From IMG/VR virus record IMGVR_UViG_3300010365_000310: a stretch of DNA of 64,000 nucleotides; one strand, 5' to 3'. This DNA is from an uncultured virus (IMG/VR IMGVR_UViG_3300010365_000310). Taxonomy: Duplodnaviria; Heunggongvirae; Uroviricota; Caudoviricetes. Positions 1 to 8,893 of the stretch are shown one piece after another; position 1 is the stretch's first letter, and every line of letters begins with the position of its first letter. Under the pieces are notes generated by a model that saw nothing but the letters and a program-made list of their open reading frames with translations, had not been told where the DNA came from and did no database searches. Made by a program: the position numbers and the translations under genes.

Positions 1-314
1 GTAAAATACTATCACTTGGAAATGCTGGTGCTAACTTTCTTGTTGAACAGAAATTCCTTGAGAACCTTATTTCAATAGCTAATGCCCAAGCAACCAAGTC
101 TGACCCCAATCAATTCATACGAGAAGCTTATGCTCATATTGATGCGGATAACATGGATTATCTGCTGACCTTTGAAAAAATATATGAGCATTTCAGAACC
201 ATAGGATTCAGGACTCTGACCAGTAAGTTTTACAATGATGTTGCTAAAGTCATAAGTCCGAAATATCTCATGGCTGAATATCTCGGCGAATTTCTAAAAA
301 TGGTTTTAAGATAA
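1..314 (+). CDS. 3' end of a gene running off the window (unknown; possibly clamp-loader related)
   Basis: Open frame from position 3 (KILSLGNAG...FLKMVLR) to TAA at 312-314; function is only a guess from the neighbouring primase/clamp genes. Confidence 0.4.
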   Translation, partial: KILSLGNAGANFLVEQKFLENLISIANAQATKSDPNQFIREAYAHIDADNMDYLLTFEKIYEHFRTIGFRTLTSKFYNDVAKVISPKYLMAEYLGEFLKMVLR

Positions 315-329
315 AGGGGTAGTTAGTTT

Positions 330-491
330 ATGGGTACTTGTCCTAAATGTAAATTGGAAAATTTCGCGTATAATGATGATGACTTTTGTCCTGATTGTTT
401 CGAGGACAAAGATGAAGAAATCACAATACCTAAGAAATTGCCCAGTGAAACATTTCAGAGATTCAAAAAGAAAATAATCAAAGAGAACTAA
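330..491 (+). CDS. Small zinc-ribbon protein (53 aa), not in ORF track
   Basis: AAGGGG upstream; MGTCPKC...FCPDC; fills the gap exactly up to the primase ATG at 493. Confidence 0.6.
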   Translation: MGTCPKCKLENFAYNDDDFCPDCFEDKDEEITIPKKLPSETFQRFKKKIIKEN

Positions 492-492
492 G

Positions 493-1617
493 ATGGCCAA
501 AGAAATTAACACAAACGAAGCTATCGATATCTTAAAAGATAGCATTCGTTGTGTTCGAAGGGCCAACAACGGTGAGTTTATATTTAAGTGCCCGTTTTGT
601 GGAGACAATGATAATCCATATCACGGGCATTTATATATAAATCCAAACATGGGAGTATTCAATTGTTATAAGTGTGACATGGGCGGGAATATTAATAGGC
701 TCTTATATCTCTTCGAAGGTAGTAAGTTCAGGGTGCCTGGAATACAATATACCTACAAGAAAGCAAACCTTAAGAGCGGTGGTTTAACCAATAATAGCGG
801 TAACTTTGAAAGATATCTTAATGATGTTCAAATCAAAGTTAAAATGAATCCAACATTTCATTTGCAAAATTCGGTTGACCAGTACCCCATGTATATGTAT
901 AAGCACACCTATTTAATGGATCGAGTGATCAAAGATAAAAGCATCTTGTCTCTATTGGATAGAACCAATACCACTCAGCACCTATTGACGTATTATTCAG
1001 AGCATTTCATGCAGAGGTATATTGAGTGTGGTGCTCTACCTAATAGTAAGAACATTACGGAGTTCGTTAATCAATACATTCTTTCTAGATACACAAGCTT
1101 AATGTTTCTTGGATATCACAAGACTCTTTCCTTATTTAAGAATGATTCAACAGATATCAAATACTTCAAGATCAAGAAGAATATCTTTTACGGAGAAGAA
1201 AACTTTTGGGATTTCTTCATGATCATTAACCAGAATAAGTACACCGGTTCTTTGAATGATCTATATAAGGAAAAAGAGTTAAATGTATATTTTGCGGAGG
1301 GGGTATTTGATGCATTGAACCTATACCTCTATAATCCAAAGTATGCAACTGGTGTCGAACCGGACATCATTTTGGCAACTGGTAGTAAAGTTTCTTATGC
1401 ATCTGCTTTATATTTCATACGCGATACGTTCATGAAGCGAGTTACATCTCATGTATTCCTTGACCCCGAAATTCGTTACAAAGAGTTTGCTAAAAAATAT
1501 CGTTTATTAAAACGAGTTTATAATAAAGCCATTTTCTATCAGAACGGAAGTTTTGATTATGGTGATATTAAAAAGGATGATTTAGGCAAAATCAAAATTT
1601 GTGACATAATGGGGTAA
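493..1617 (+). CDS. DNA primase (T4 gp61-like)
   Basis: N-terminal CPFCGD...H...CYKC zinc finger; TOPRIM motif FAEGVFDAL; C-terminal DYGD. Confidence 0.8.
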   Translation: MAKEINTNEAIDILKDSIRCVRRANNGEFIFKCPFCGDNDNPYHGHLYINPNMGVFNCYKCDMGGNINRLLYLFEGSKFRVPGIQYTYKKANLKSGGLTNNSGNFERYLNDVQIKVKMNPTFHLQNSVDQYPMYMYKHTYLMDRVIKDKSILSLLDRTNTTQHLLTYYSEHFMQRYIECGALPNSKNITEFVNQYILSRYTSLMFLGYHKTLSLFKNDSTDIKYFKIKKNIFYGEENFWDFFMIINQNKYTGSLNDLYKEKELNVYFAEGVFDALNLYLYNPKYATGVEPDIILATGSKVSYASALYFIRDTFMKRVTSHVFLDPEIRYKEFAKKYRLLKRVYNKAIFYQNGSFDYGDIKKDDLGKIKICDIMG

Positions 1618-1624
1618 CGTAATA

Positions 1625-2065
1625 ATGAAAACTGATGAATTTAGTCGAAGTTTAAAGAAGAATGTTTACATTTCAAAGATCAAAGACATGCCGTCGTTCA
1701 TACAATTGATTAACAACATCTACAAATCAATCATCGGCAAAAACACCATAGAGGAGTTCTTCTATAAATTCGATAGAGTTCTCAGTGTTCAAATCAAAAA
1801 AGAAACAACTGAACTTTTTCAATTTGAGCTTTTCTTAAAGAATGTTAAATCAAACTTTCAAATGTATCTTGAAGACCTATACTCATTGTTATATCTTTTC
1901 TTTATTGATATAGATGTTCATGATGTAGTTATCAACAAGAATAATGATGATGTTCATGCTAAATTAAAAATCAAATTTGATGTTAAGAATGAGCATAATC
2001 TTTTAATCAAAGACTTGCTCTTGAGAATACGAAGAATTAAAAAACCAAGGAGTGCTACCCCGTGA
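1625..2065 (+). CDS. Hypothetical protein, paralog of 4256..4801
   Basis: C-terminal half aligns with the C-terminal part of ORF 4256..4801. Confidence 0.6.
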   Translation: MKTDEFSRSLKKNVYISKIKDMPSFIQLINNIYKSIIGKNTIEEFFYKFDRVLSVQIKKETTELFQFELFLKNVKSNFQMYLEDLYSLLYLFFIDIDVHDVVINKNNDDVHAKLKIKFDVKNEHNLLIKDLLLRIRRIKKPRSATP

Positions 2066-2823
2066 ATAGTTATACCCAAACCATTAGTGTCGAGAAGTAT
2101 AAACAATTCTTAAATTGTCTTTATACGGTATCCAACTACATTGAAGATCTTGATATCAAGCAGGGTTTGATCAGACAGAGAACGGCTGATAAACAGATTT
2201 GCGTTGAAATGAATCTGTCCTCAATTTTTAAACAAGATCTTTGTGTAGCAGATATTAAATCAAAGCTTGAACTAATGGAATTGTTGATTGATGATGGTAC
2301 TGACGATATCACCATTCAACAGGCTGATAAAGTTTGGTTCGTTTATAGCAAAAAGACTGTATTCAAATTTTCTTGGGCTTCAGCATCTAGACTTAGTACA
2401 TCATTCATTGAAGATGATGTTTTCGCAAATTTCACCAAGAATACAGATCAGGGTAAGTTCTTGTTTGAAATTGATCTTAATGAAAGATGTGATCTTCATA
2501 AGAAGATGAAAAAGGTTTGCGAGAAGTTCAATTCTGATAAGATTGTTGTTTCAATTGATGATAAAGCAATTGCTATGACTATTGAATCAGAAGATAAAAG
2601 GAACACTGGTGTTGTCTATAAAACTCAGAATACCACTAACCTTGAAAAACAATGCATCATAGCCAGATCAAGTTTCATTGAAAAGATCGATGCTAAATAT
2701 CTCAAGAAAATTGTATTCTATAGCTATGTAGCTGACAATCCAACTATGTCATTAAGCAAAGCAACATGCGACGTGGAAACTCTTCCAATGTCCTTGTATG
2801 CGGTTTGCAAGCACTCTAAATAA
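2062..2823 (+). CDS. Sliding clamp (T4 gp45-like)
   Basis: 253 aa; N-terminal pattern QRTADKQICVEMNLSSIFKQDLCVADIKSKLELMELL resembles gp45 as recalled; next to primase. Confidence 0.6.
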   Translation: MNSYTQTISVEKYKQFLNCLYTVSNYIEDLDIKQGLIRQRTADKQICVEMNLSSIFKQDLCVADIKSKLELMELLIDDGTDDITIQQADKVWFVYSKKTVFKFSWASASRLSTSFIEDDVFANFTKNTDQGKFLFEIDLNERCDLHKKMKKVCEKFNSDKIVVSIDDKAIAMTIESEDKRNTGVVYKTQNTTNLEKQCIIARSSFIEKIDAKYLKKIVFYSYVADNPTMSLSKATCDVETLPMSLYAVCKHSK

Positions 2824-2841
2824 TTAATCGGGAGACTTAGT

Positions 2842-3552
2842 ATGCTAACTGATAGTTCCGTATTGGAATTCATTAAGTTTGGTTTGGGATATCCATTTAC
2901 GGAAATAGAGTTGATGGATAAAGATATCTTATATCGTTGCAAGAAGGTTGTTTTACAAAGATTCTTTTCTAAGTATGTACCGGTATATAAATACTTGGTT
3001 ATCAACAGAGAAGATGAAAATGTTAAGACAAGCGCATCAAACAGATTTAAGATTCTTGATCCGGATAATGCTGGCATACTAAGTGTCTATGATGTAATCA
3101 CTGATAATGTTATTTTCCAAGGGGGCTCAATTATGGGCTCCTTTGGTATGTCATATGATCAGTTACCCAACTGGTATATTGATTATCAGAATCGAGCAAC
3201 AATTTCTTTGACTACCCATTGGTATCAAATATTTGAATTTGTCCATCCCATCTATATAGACATAAGACCGAATATGTCAATAGCTGGTAAGTTCATGGTT
3301 TGCTATGAAGCTCAACATGTAAACTTTGAATCAATTCCGGCATACAGGGAATCACTATTTCTTGAATTAGCTTTGGCTTACATCCAGTTAAATATATCAG
3401 TCATCAGAAGGAAGTACCAAACTATTGAAACAACCTTTGGTGAAGTTAAATTAAATTGGGAAGATATCAAGGCTGATGGTAAAGAACTATGGGATAACAC
3501 CATAGCAAAACTAGAGTTGATTCCTCCTAGAGTTATAGTGGATGTAGGATAA
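2842..3552 (+). CDS. Neck/head-completion protein (T4 gp13-like)
   Basis: LGYPFTEIEL matches the gp13 LGAPIINVEL-type motif; C-terminal RKY...GEVKLN...GKE pattern. Confidence 0.75.
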   Translation: MLTDSSVLEFIKFGLGYPFTEIELMDKDILYRCKKVVLQRFFSKYVPVYKYLVINREDENVKTSASNRFKILDPDNAGILSVYDVITDNVIFQGGSIMGSFGMSYDQLPNWYIDYQNRATISLTTHWYQIFEFVHPIYIDIRPNMSIAGKFMVCYEAQHVNFESIPAYRESLFLELALAYIQLNISVIRRKYQTIETTFGEVKLNWEDIKADGKELWDNTIAKLELIPPRVIVDVG

Positions 3553-3558
3553 AATAAC

Positions 3559-4233
3559 ATGCAAGTATTTGGTATTGATTTAAGCAAGAATCATTTTGGG
3601 TTTTGTCATATATCTGAAACCGGTAAAACGACTTTAAGGTATGTATACTTCAAAGAATATCTTCAAAAAGAGCAAAAGCAGAATTTAGGACGATATGCAA
3701 AAGTTCAAGAACGTGTTATTGATAATGACAAATTCCTTTTTGAAAAGATACGATTTTCTTATGATAATAAGAATTACAACCAGATTCAAATGGATGCTTT
3801 AAAAAGTCAACTGAATTTGTCTCTGCTTGAGGATTATATAGCAATAGTTGATGGGCCCAAGTTCGTGGTGTTAGAAGATTATGTAATGCAGGGCGAGCGA
3901 ATAGTCCAGTTAGTTCACGTAGGGGAATCATTCAAGTACCAATTTGCTAATAAAGAAAAATGGAAGTCCGTCATTTTATATTTATGCCCATCAGTATCAT
4001 GGAAAGCGGCAACATGGAGTAAACTCAAGTTACCACCTGGTCATAAACTTGATGCGTATGAAAAAATAGATATGGCATTGAAAGATGATGAAACATATCA
4101 ATACATAAAGTCACTACAAGAGAGAGAAGATGTTACCAAAGATCTAATTGATTCTTATGGTCTAGCAAGGATGCATAGGTATTATAGCGAGGTTTTTTTA
4201 GCTACCAACTCAAAACGAATATTTGTATTCTGA
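3559..4233 (+). CDS. RuvC-like Holliday junction resolvase
   Basis: N-terminal FGIDLS, central VVLED, WK, C-terminal DLIDSYGLA acidic motifs. Confidence 0.7.
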   Translation: MQVFGIDLSKNHFGFCHISETGKTTLRYVYFKEYLQKEQKQNLGRYAKVQERVIDNDKFLFEKIRFSYDNKNYNQIQMDALKSQLNLSLLEDYIAIVDGPKFVVLEDYVMQGERIVQLVHVGESFKYQFANKEKWKSVILYLCPSVSWKAATWSKLKLPPGHKLDAYEKIDMALKDDETYQYIKSLQEREDVTKDLIDSYGLARMHRYYSEVFLATNSKRIFVF

Positions 4234-4255
4234 TAAACTAAATAGGAGAACACTC

Positions 4256-4801
4256 ATGTCTGACAATAACTCTATCTGTGTCAAGTTTTATGGCCGGAAA
4301 GGAGTGGGAAAATTTCTTAAGCTTGTCAATCTTGAATATGAATCATTAGACGGTAATGTTTTAAAAGTTCATAAAAACTCTAATAAGACCACATTGGCCT
4401 ATCACCTTTTTAAAGGCCAAGCCAAAGTGACTATTGTCTTCACGTTTTACACAACGGGATGGACCGTGGTGATAGATTCCAACACTGGGTTTGAGTCTAC
4501 AATTTTGGGAACAATAGATCCAATGACGTCCGTGACGCTATCAACATCCAAAGAGATGTTTGAATTTATCAATAAGCATAAAAAGAGCGGTGATATTGAT
4601 TTTTACATTGATGATTTCTATGACTTGCTTTATGTATTTCTCACATCTATTGATATATTACAGGTGGATGCAGAACAGAATCATGATGATGTTGAAACTA
4701 AGGTTTCTATAAAGTTCAATATCAAAAATGAAAATAATAGCGTTGTGAAAAAATTAATCAATTCTCTCAAGTCATTAAAGAAAATGGAGATTAAAAAATG
4801 A
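4256..4801 (+). CDS. Hypothetical protein, paralog of 1625..2065
   Basis: AGGAG before ATG 4256; shared C-terminal domain. Confidence 0.6.
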   Translation: MSDNNSICVKFYGRKGVGKFLKLVNLEYESLDGNVLKVHKNSNKTTLAYHLFKGQAKVTIVFTFYTTGWTVVIDSNTGFESTILGTIDPMTSVTLSTSKEMFEFINKHKKSGDIDFYIDDFYDLLYVFLTSIDILQVDAEQNHDDVETKVSIKFNIKNENNSVVKKLINSLKSLKKMEIKK

Positions 4802-5283
4802 TCATAAGAAAAAAGTTCAAATTTGAATCGGCCCATATTGTAAGAGAAGCAGTATCCGAACGTTGTAAATTTTCCATACATGGGCACAGTTATGTAGTGG
4901 AAGTAGCCTTGCACGGCAAGACACAGCAGCCAGGTGGCATGCTTCTGGATTTTATCGAATTCAAGAACAATGGTATTAAAGACTTCATTGATAACTTTGA
5001 CCATGCAACCGTTGTATGGTGTAAAGATTCGGATGAATACAAACAGGCGATTCTGGACCATTCAAAAAGAATTGTGTCCATGGAGTTGAATCCGACCGCA
5101 GAGAATATGGCCATGTTCTTTCATTTCTATATTCAAACGATTCTAAATCTTAACCCGAAGCTTGAGTATGTGAAAGTGAAATGGGTCAGAGTTCATGAAA
5201 CCGACACTGGTTATGCAGAATCCGAAGAATCAGATTTTGAAAATATGCCATCTGAATACTTTGGATATTCGGTGATGAAATAA
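4798..5283 (+). CDS. queD: 6-carboxytetrahydropterin synthase
   Basis: FESAH, C...HGHSY, LDF, FDH, PTAEN, VHET motifs. Confidence 0.92.
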   Translation: MIIRKKFKFESAHIVREAVSERCKFSIHGHSYVVEVALHGKTQQPGGMLLDFIEFKNNGIKDFIDNFDHATVVWCKDSDEYKQAILDHSKRIVSMELNPTAENMAMFFHFYIQTILNLNPKLEYVKVKWVRVHETDTGYAESEESDFENMPSEYFGYSVMK

Positions 5284-5285
5284 CT

Positions 5286-6068
5286 ATGGATGTGCATAAA
5301 ATTTGTCACATGATCACGCCGGGTCTTGATTCAATGTGTGCATACTTTTACATCATGGAACGATGCATGACTCCAGGTATGGATCTTGAATTGATACATG
5401 TTGGTTTAAGTCCCATGTATTCTCATATTGAAGAATCCAAATTGGATTATATAAAAAGTCGAGGTTGGATTAAACACCCAATTCGAAAATTAAATATTCC
5501 AGATGTGAAGATGTTCATTCAAGAAGATCCAGATGCATTTATTCCATCTAGAAATCTTCTTCTAGCAACTCTGGTTGATGTAACTGCAATACCTGATAGA
5601 AATTATTCAAATTTGATTTCATTTGGATTTAACTCGGACGATCGAGTATATGATTCAAGTGATGTATTTTGCGAATTAGCATCATCCATTCTTTCTCCAG
5701 GTGTTTCCATGGGCAGTTTGGTAAGGCATATGACCAAGAGTGAACTACTTAAATGGTTTGTCATGGAATCAAATACTTTATCAAAAGAAGAGAAGTATGA
5801 ACTTATAGATAACACATATTCATGCTATTCTGGTAAATTTATTGAATGCTTAAAATGTAATGCTTGTTTCAGAAAAAATGTTGCTTTGTGTGAAATTGGT
5901 ATTACTCGAGAAATGAATGATTTCAATTTCTTACATAAGAGGCTTTCAATACTCAATGATGAAACCGTATCAGATGAAAGGAAAAGAAACATCATCCAAT
6001 ATGTAGTTCATTTAGTTTCACAACATGATCGTTATGCCGAGTTTTTCAAATATATTAAGGAGATATGA
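5286..6068 (+). CDS. Divergent QueC-family PP-loop ATPase
   Basis: TPGLDS in place of SGGxDS; FIPSRN; TYSCY...CLKCNAC zinc motif; directly after queD. Confidence 0.75.
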   Translation: MDVHKICHMITPGLDSMCAYFYIMERCMTPGMDLELIHVGLSPMYSHIEESKLDYIKSRGWIKHPIRKLNIPDVKMFIQEDPDAFIPSRNLLLATLVDVTAIPDRNYSNLISFGFNSDDRVYDSSDVFCELASSILSPGVSMGSLVRHMTKSELLKWFVMESNTLSKEEKYELIDNTYSCYSGKFIECLKCNACFRKNVALCEIGITREMNDFNFLHKRLSILNDETVSDERKRNIIQYVVHLVSQHDRYAEFFKYIKEI

Positions 6069-7633
6069 TCTTGCAAGTCAAAATTGATAAGAAGAGCAAA
6101 CTCACATTTACCAACCCATCCAATAAAGATGATGTGTTGGAAATTATTATCATGCAACCAAGCATTGCTAATAAGTCTAAACCCTATTTGGAATACTTAA
6201 ATAATATTCTTGACACCGATAAAAATAAAGCATGGTTCTTTAATATCATCAAGAAGTTCAAACTAACCCAGGATGATGACTTGATCTATAAAGAATTTCT
6301 TGATAAGATCATAGCCATTGGCGCTGCTTATAGCGAGAAGATGAGAAAAGTTGTAGATATTTCTAGCTTTGTCAATCGCAAAAAGAAAACTAATCATAGT
6401 GTTCTTTTTGAAGAAGATGAAGTTTATGAAATATATCTACTGTCTTCAATAATCAAGCTTTATTCAATATTCTCCGGCACTAACTTGGTTGAACATAATC
6501 TGGATAAAATCAATAAGAGAGCTTTTGAATATATCATTAGAACTCTCAATTTGAAAAAGACCATCGATAAAATTCACCATGTGGTCTATACGAAATTATT
6601 TAAATGTGTTGGTCTAGACCCCACAATTATGAAAACGATACAACTGAGATCAACTATGAGCGAAGATGATTTCGTATTGTATCTTTTTGATTATGTCCTA
6701 TCAGCAATTCTGGTGATTTATGATATGGTTAGAAATCCAATAACTTTTATCGTAACATCTGTTGATCAGGTTATGATATGGCATTATCGAGGGCTGTATC
6801 AGAAATCTATTGCTTATAAAGACACAGGGGAATTGTTTGGTAAATCTATGGTTAGCACCAATTTACCAGATAGAATCATCGCTGATAAGATTTATGAATA
6901 TATTCAGAATTTTGTCAGTGTGAGAAACAATGAGCATGGTGTAATTATTGAAGATGGTAATGATCAAATCACCGATAGACACTTCCATAACTTCTTTGTG
7001 ATGCCTCTCTATGCAAGACTTTTCAATATTAAAAAGTTTGATGATTATAACTCATTTCAGAAAATGAATATTCAATTGTACTTGTATTATACGATGAAAG
7101 ATTTTGTAGAAAAGGTTGGAGCAGAATTATTTCCTGAACTAATCGAAGAGAAAATGTCAAAGGATAAAAATTCATTTGAAAAATTCAAACTTCTTGAAAT
7201 TCTAAAGCGAGTTCCTTTAGCAACCGAGAATCGTTATAAGGTATCTAATACGGATATCTTTGAAGATGATGAATTTATGATTGATTCTTCTTTGAGGACC
7301 AATCGAAATTACATGGGGTTCCAATATAACAACACGTATCGAATTGAAAACTTGAGCGAAATCTTGACTAGTGATTTTAAGTTTTATGGTATCAATAATA
7401 TCATGATTCTTAATAACTATCTCAAGGTTATAATGAATGTTCTAACTAGTTTGACGTTCAAGAATCTGTTTACGTTTGATCTTTCTAAAAGCGAGTTTAA
7501 AGCAAAGAAATTTGCTAAGCAGTTGGAGTTGGAAATCTTCCCATTCCTTATGGTCATACTTGATAATAAGCTACCATTCTTTAATGAATATTCAAAGTAT
7601 ATTTCTAACATGTATTGCATCAACCGGAAATAA
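6065..7633 (+). CDS. Candidate sigma-like promoter-specificity subunit of the phage RNAP (AR9 gp226/phiKZ gp68-like)
   Basis: 522 aa, helical; KKKTNHSV...EIYLLSSII, IDKIHHVVYTKLF...DPTI and NPITFI...SIAYK resemble AR9 gp226 as recalled from memory. Confidence 0.55.
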   Translation: MILQVKIDKKSKLTFTNPSNKDDVLEIIIMQPSIANKSKPYLEYLNNILDTDKNKAWFFNIIKKFKLTQDDDLIYKEFLDKIIAIGAAYSEKMRKVVDISSFVNRKKKTNHSVLFEEDEVYEIYLLSSIIKLYSIFSGTNLVEHNLDKINKRAFEYIIRTLNLKKTIDKIHHVVYTKLFKCVGLDPTIMKTIQLRSTMSEDDFVLYLFDYVLSAILVIYDMVRNPITFIVTSVDQVMIWHYRGLYQKSIAYKDTGELFGKSMVSTNLPDRIIADKIYEYIQNFVSVRNNEHGVIIEDGNDQITDRHFHNFFVMPLYARLFNIKKFDDYNSFQKMNIQLYLYYTMKDFVEKVGAELFPELIEEKMSKDKNSFEKFKLLEILKRVPLATENRYKVSNTDIFEDDEFMIDSSLRTNRNYMGFQYNNTYRIENLSEILTSDFKFYGINNIMILNNYLKVIMNVLTSLTFKNLFTFDLSKSEFKAKKFAKQLELEIFPFLMVILDNKLPFFNEYSKYISNMYCINRK

Positions 7634-7644
7634 GGAGAATCTTT

Positions 7645-8829
7645 GTGGGTAAAAAATTCAAATACATCATCGACGATACATACGTAACAGTACTTTTTCC
7701 ATCAAAAGAAGGCGGAGCCAAAACTCTGCACAAAGGTGACACTCTCTTTGAAACTGCTAAGCAGCTTCTTAGTGATAGATCAATCTTCCAGAGAGTTTAT
7801 CAGTATATCACAAAGAAACTTGATAAATCAAAGTTTGAAGCTTTGCAAAACAAGGTTGAAAAGATGGATTACATTCGTTCAAAATTGAATGAACTCATGG
7901 AATCATCTTCTCATTTCAAGTTTGATATTCAAAATATTACTTCTTATTACAAGTGCAATGGTTATGACACTAAGAGAATCAGAAATGTAATCATTGATAA
8001 TATCTATAAATGTTATCACGAACAGAAGGCCATTGAAGATATTCAAGAAGAAATTTATGAAAATGAATTTGAGTACATGAAAGTTCTTTTTGATAAAACC
8101 TCACTCATCGAAAAATCTTTCAAAGGTACATTCATTTCTATCAAAGATGGATTTTTGTATTATAAGGATGAAAAGTTGCCCGAGGATTGCTTACTCGTTA
8201 GACATGTCGTTAAATCTTTGATGCTTGGTATCAAGAGTAATTCATATCTTAACTTCTTGAACCGGGTGATGGCTAATGAAAACAAAGCAGTCAGGAAAGA
8301 GCTTTTCCTTTTCTTGGAACATGGTAATTTCCCGATCCACGAAGATGGCAGATTCTCTGCATATAAAAAGATTGCCCCGGATAGGAAAGATTTCTATACT
8401 GGTAAAATTGAGCACATCGAAGGTGAAATGCTACCCAGATTATCTGTGAAAGAAGTGGATTTCACTAGAGATAACACCTGTAGCAAAGGATATCATTTTT
8501 GTGCTTTTGATTATCTTAATTCATATAGATCCAGGGATGAATACATTCTTATTGAAGTCATTATCGCCCCTGAAGATGTTTTGACTATTCCATCGGATTA
8601 CAATAATAAGAAAGGTCGAGCGTTCACTTATGAAGTAGGTCCTGAACTTGATAAAAAACTTCGTTCTATTGAACACAAAGATGATCGAATGTTTGAAGAT
8701 TCAATGACCGACGAAGACTGTGACGAAGATGACGATGATGATTATTATAGTAACGATGGGGATGATGATGATGACGTTGAGGAATATGATGACGATGAGG
8801 AATATGAAGACGATGACTTCGAAGATTAA
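7645..8829 (+). CDS. rIIB: rIIB-like protein with acidic C-terminal tail
   Basis: LFLFLEH..FPI.EDG.F.AYKK, TCSKGYH, DVLTIPSDYNNKKGR; AAGGAG before GTG 7645. Confidence 0.85.
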   Translation: MGKKFKYIIDDTYVTVLFPSKEGGAKTLHKGDTLFETAKQLLSDRSIFQRVYQYITKKLDKSKFEALQNKVEKMDYIRSKLNELMESSSHFKFDIQNITSYYKCNGYDTKRIRNVIIDNIYKCYHEQKAIEDIQEEIYENEFEYMKVLFDKTSLIEKSFKGTFISIKDGFLYYKDEKLPEDCLLVRHVVKSLMLGIKSNSYLNFLNRVMANENKAVRKELFLFLEHGNFPIHEDGRFSAYKKIAPDRKDFYTGKIEHIEGEMLPRLSVKEVDFTRDNTCSKGYHFCAFDYLNSYRSRDEYILIEVIIAPEDVLTIPSDYNNKKGRAFTYEVGPELDKKLRSIEHKDDRMFEDSMTDEDCDEDDDDDYYSNDGDDDDDVEEYDDDEEYEDDDFED

Positions 8830-8840
8830 GTAAAGCACCA

Positions 8841-8870
8841 GGGGCGGGCACTTTAGTCCGCCCCATTTTC
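8841..8870 (+). terminator. Probable intrinsic terminator
   Basis: GGGGCGGGC-ACTTTA-GTCCGCCCC hairpin followed by ATTTTC, just after the rIIB stop. Confidence 0.65.
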
Positions 8871-8893
8871 ATGTTAAAAAAGAAAGGTATAAT

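Noticed and set aside
8695..8826. GAT/GAC-rich repeat-like DNA
   Set aside because: Explained by the Asp/Glu-rich tail of rIIB, not an independent repeat element.
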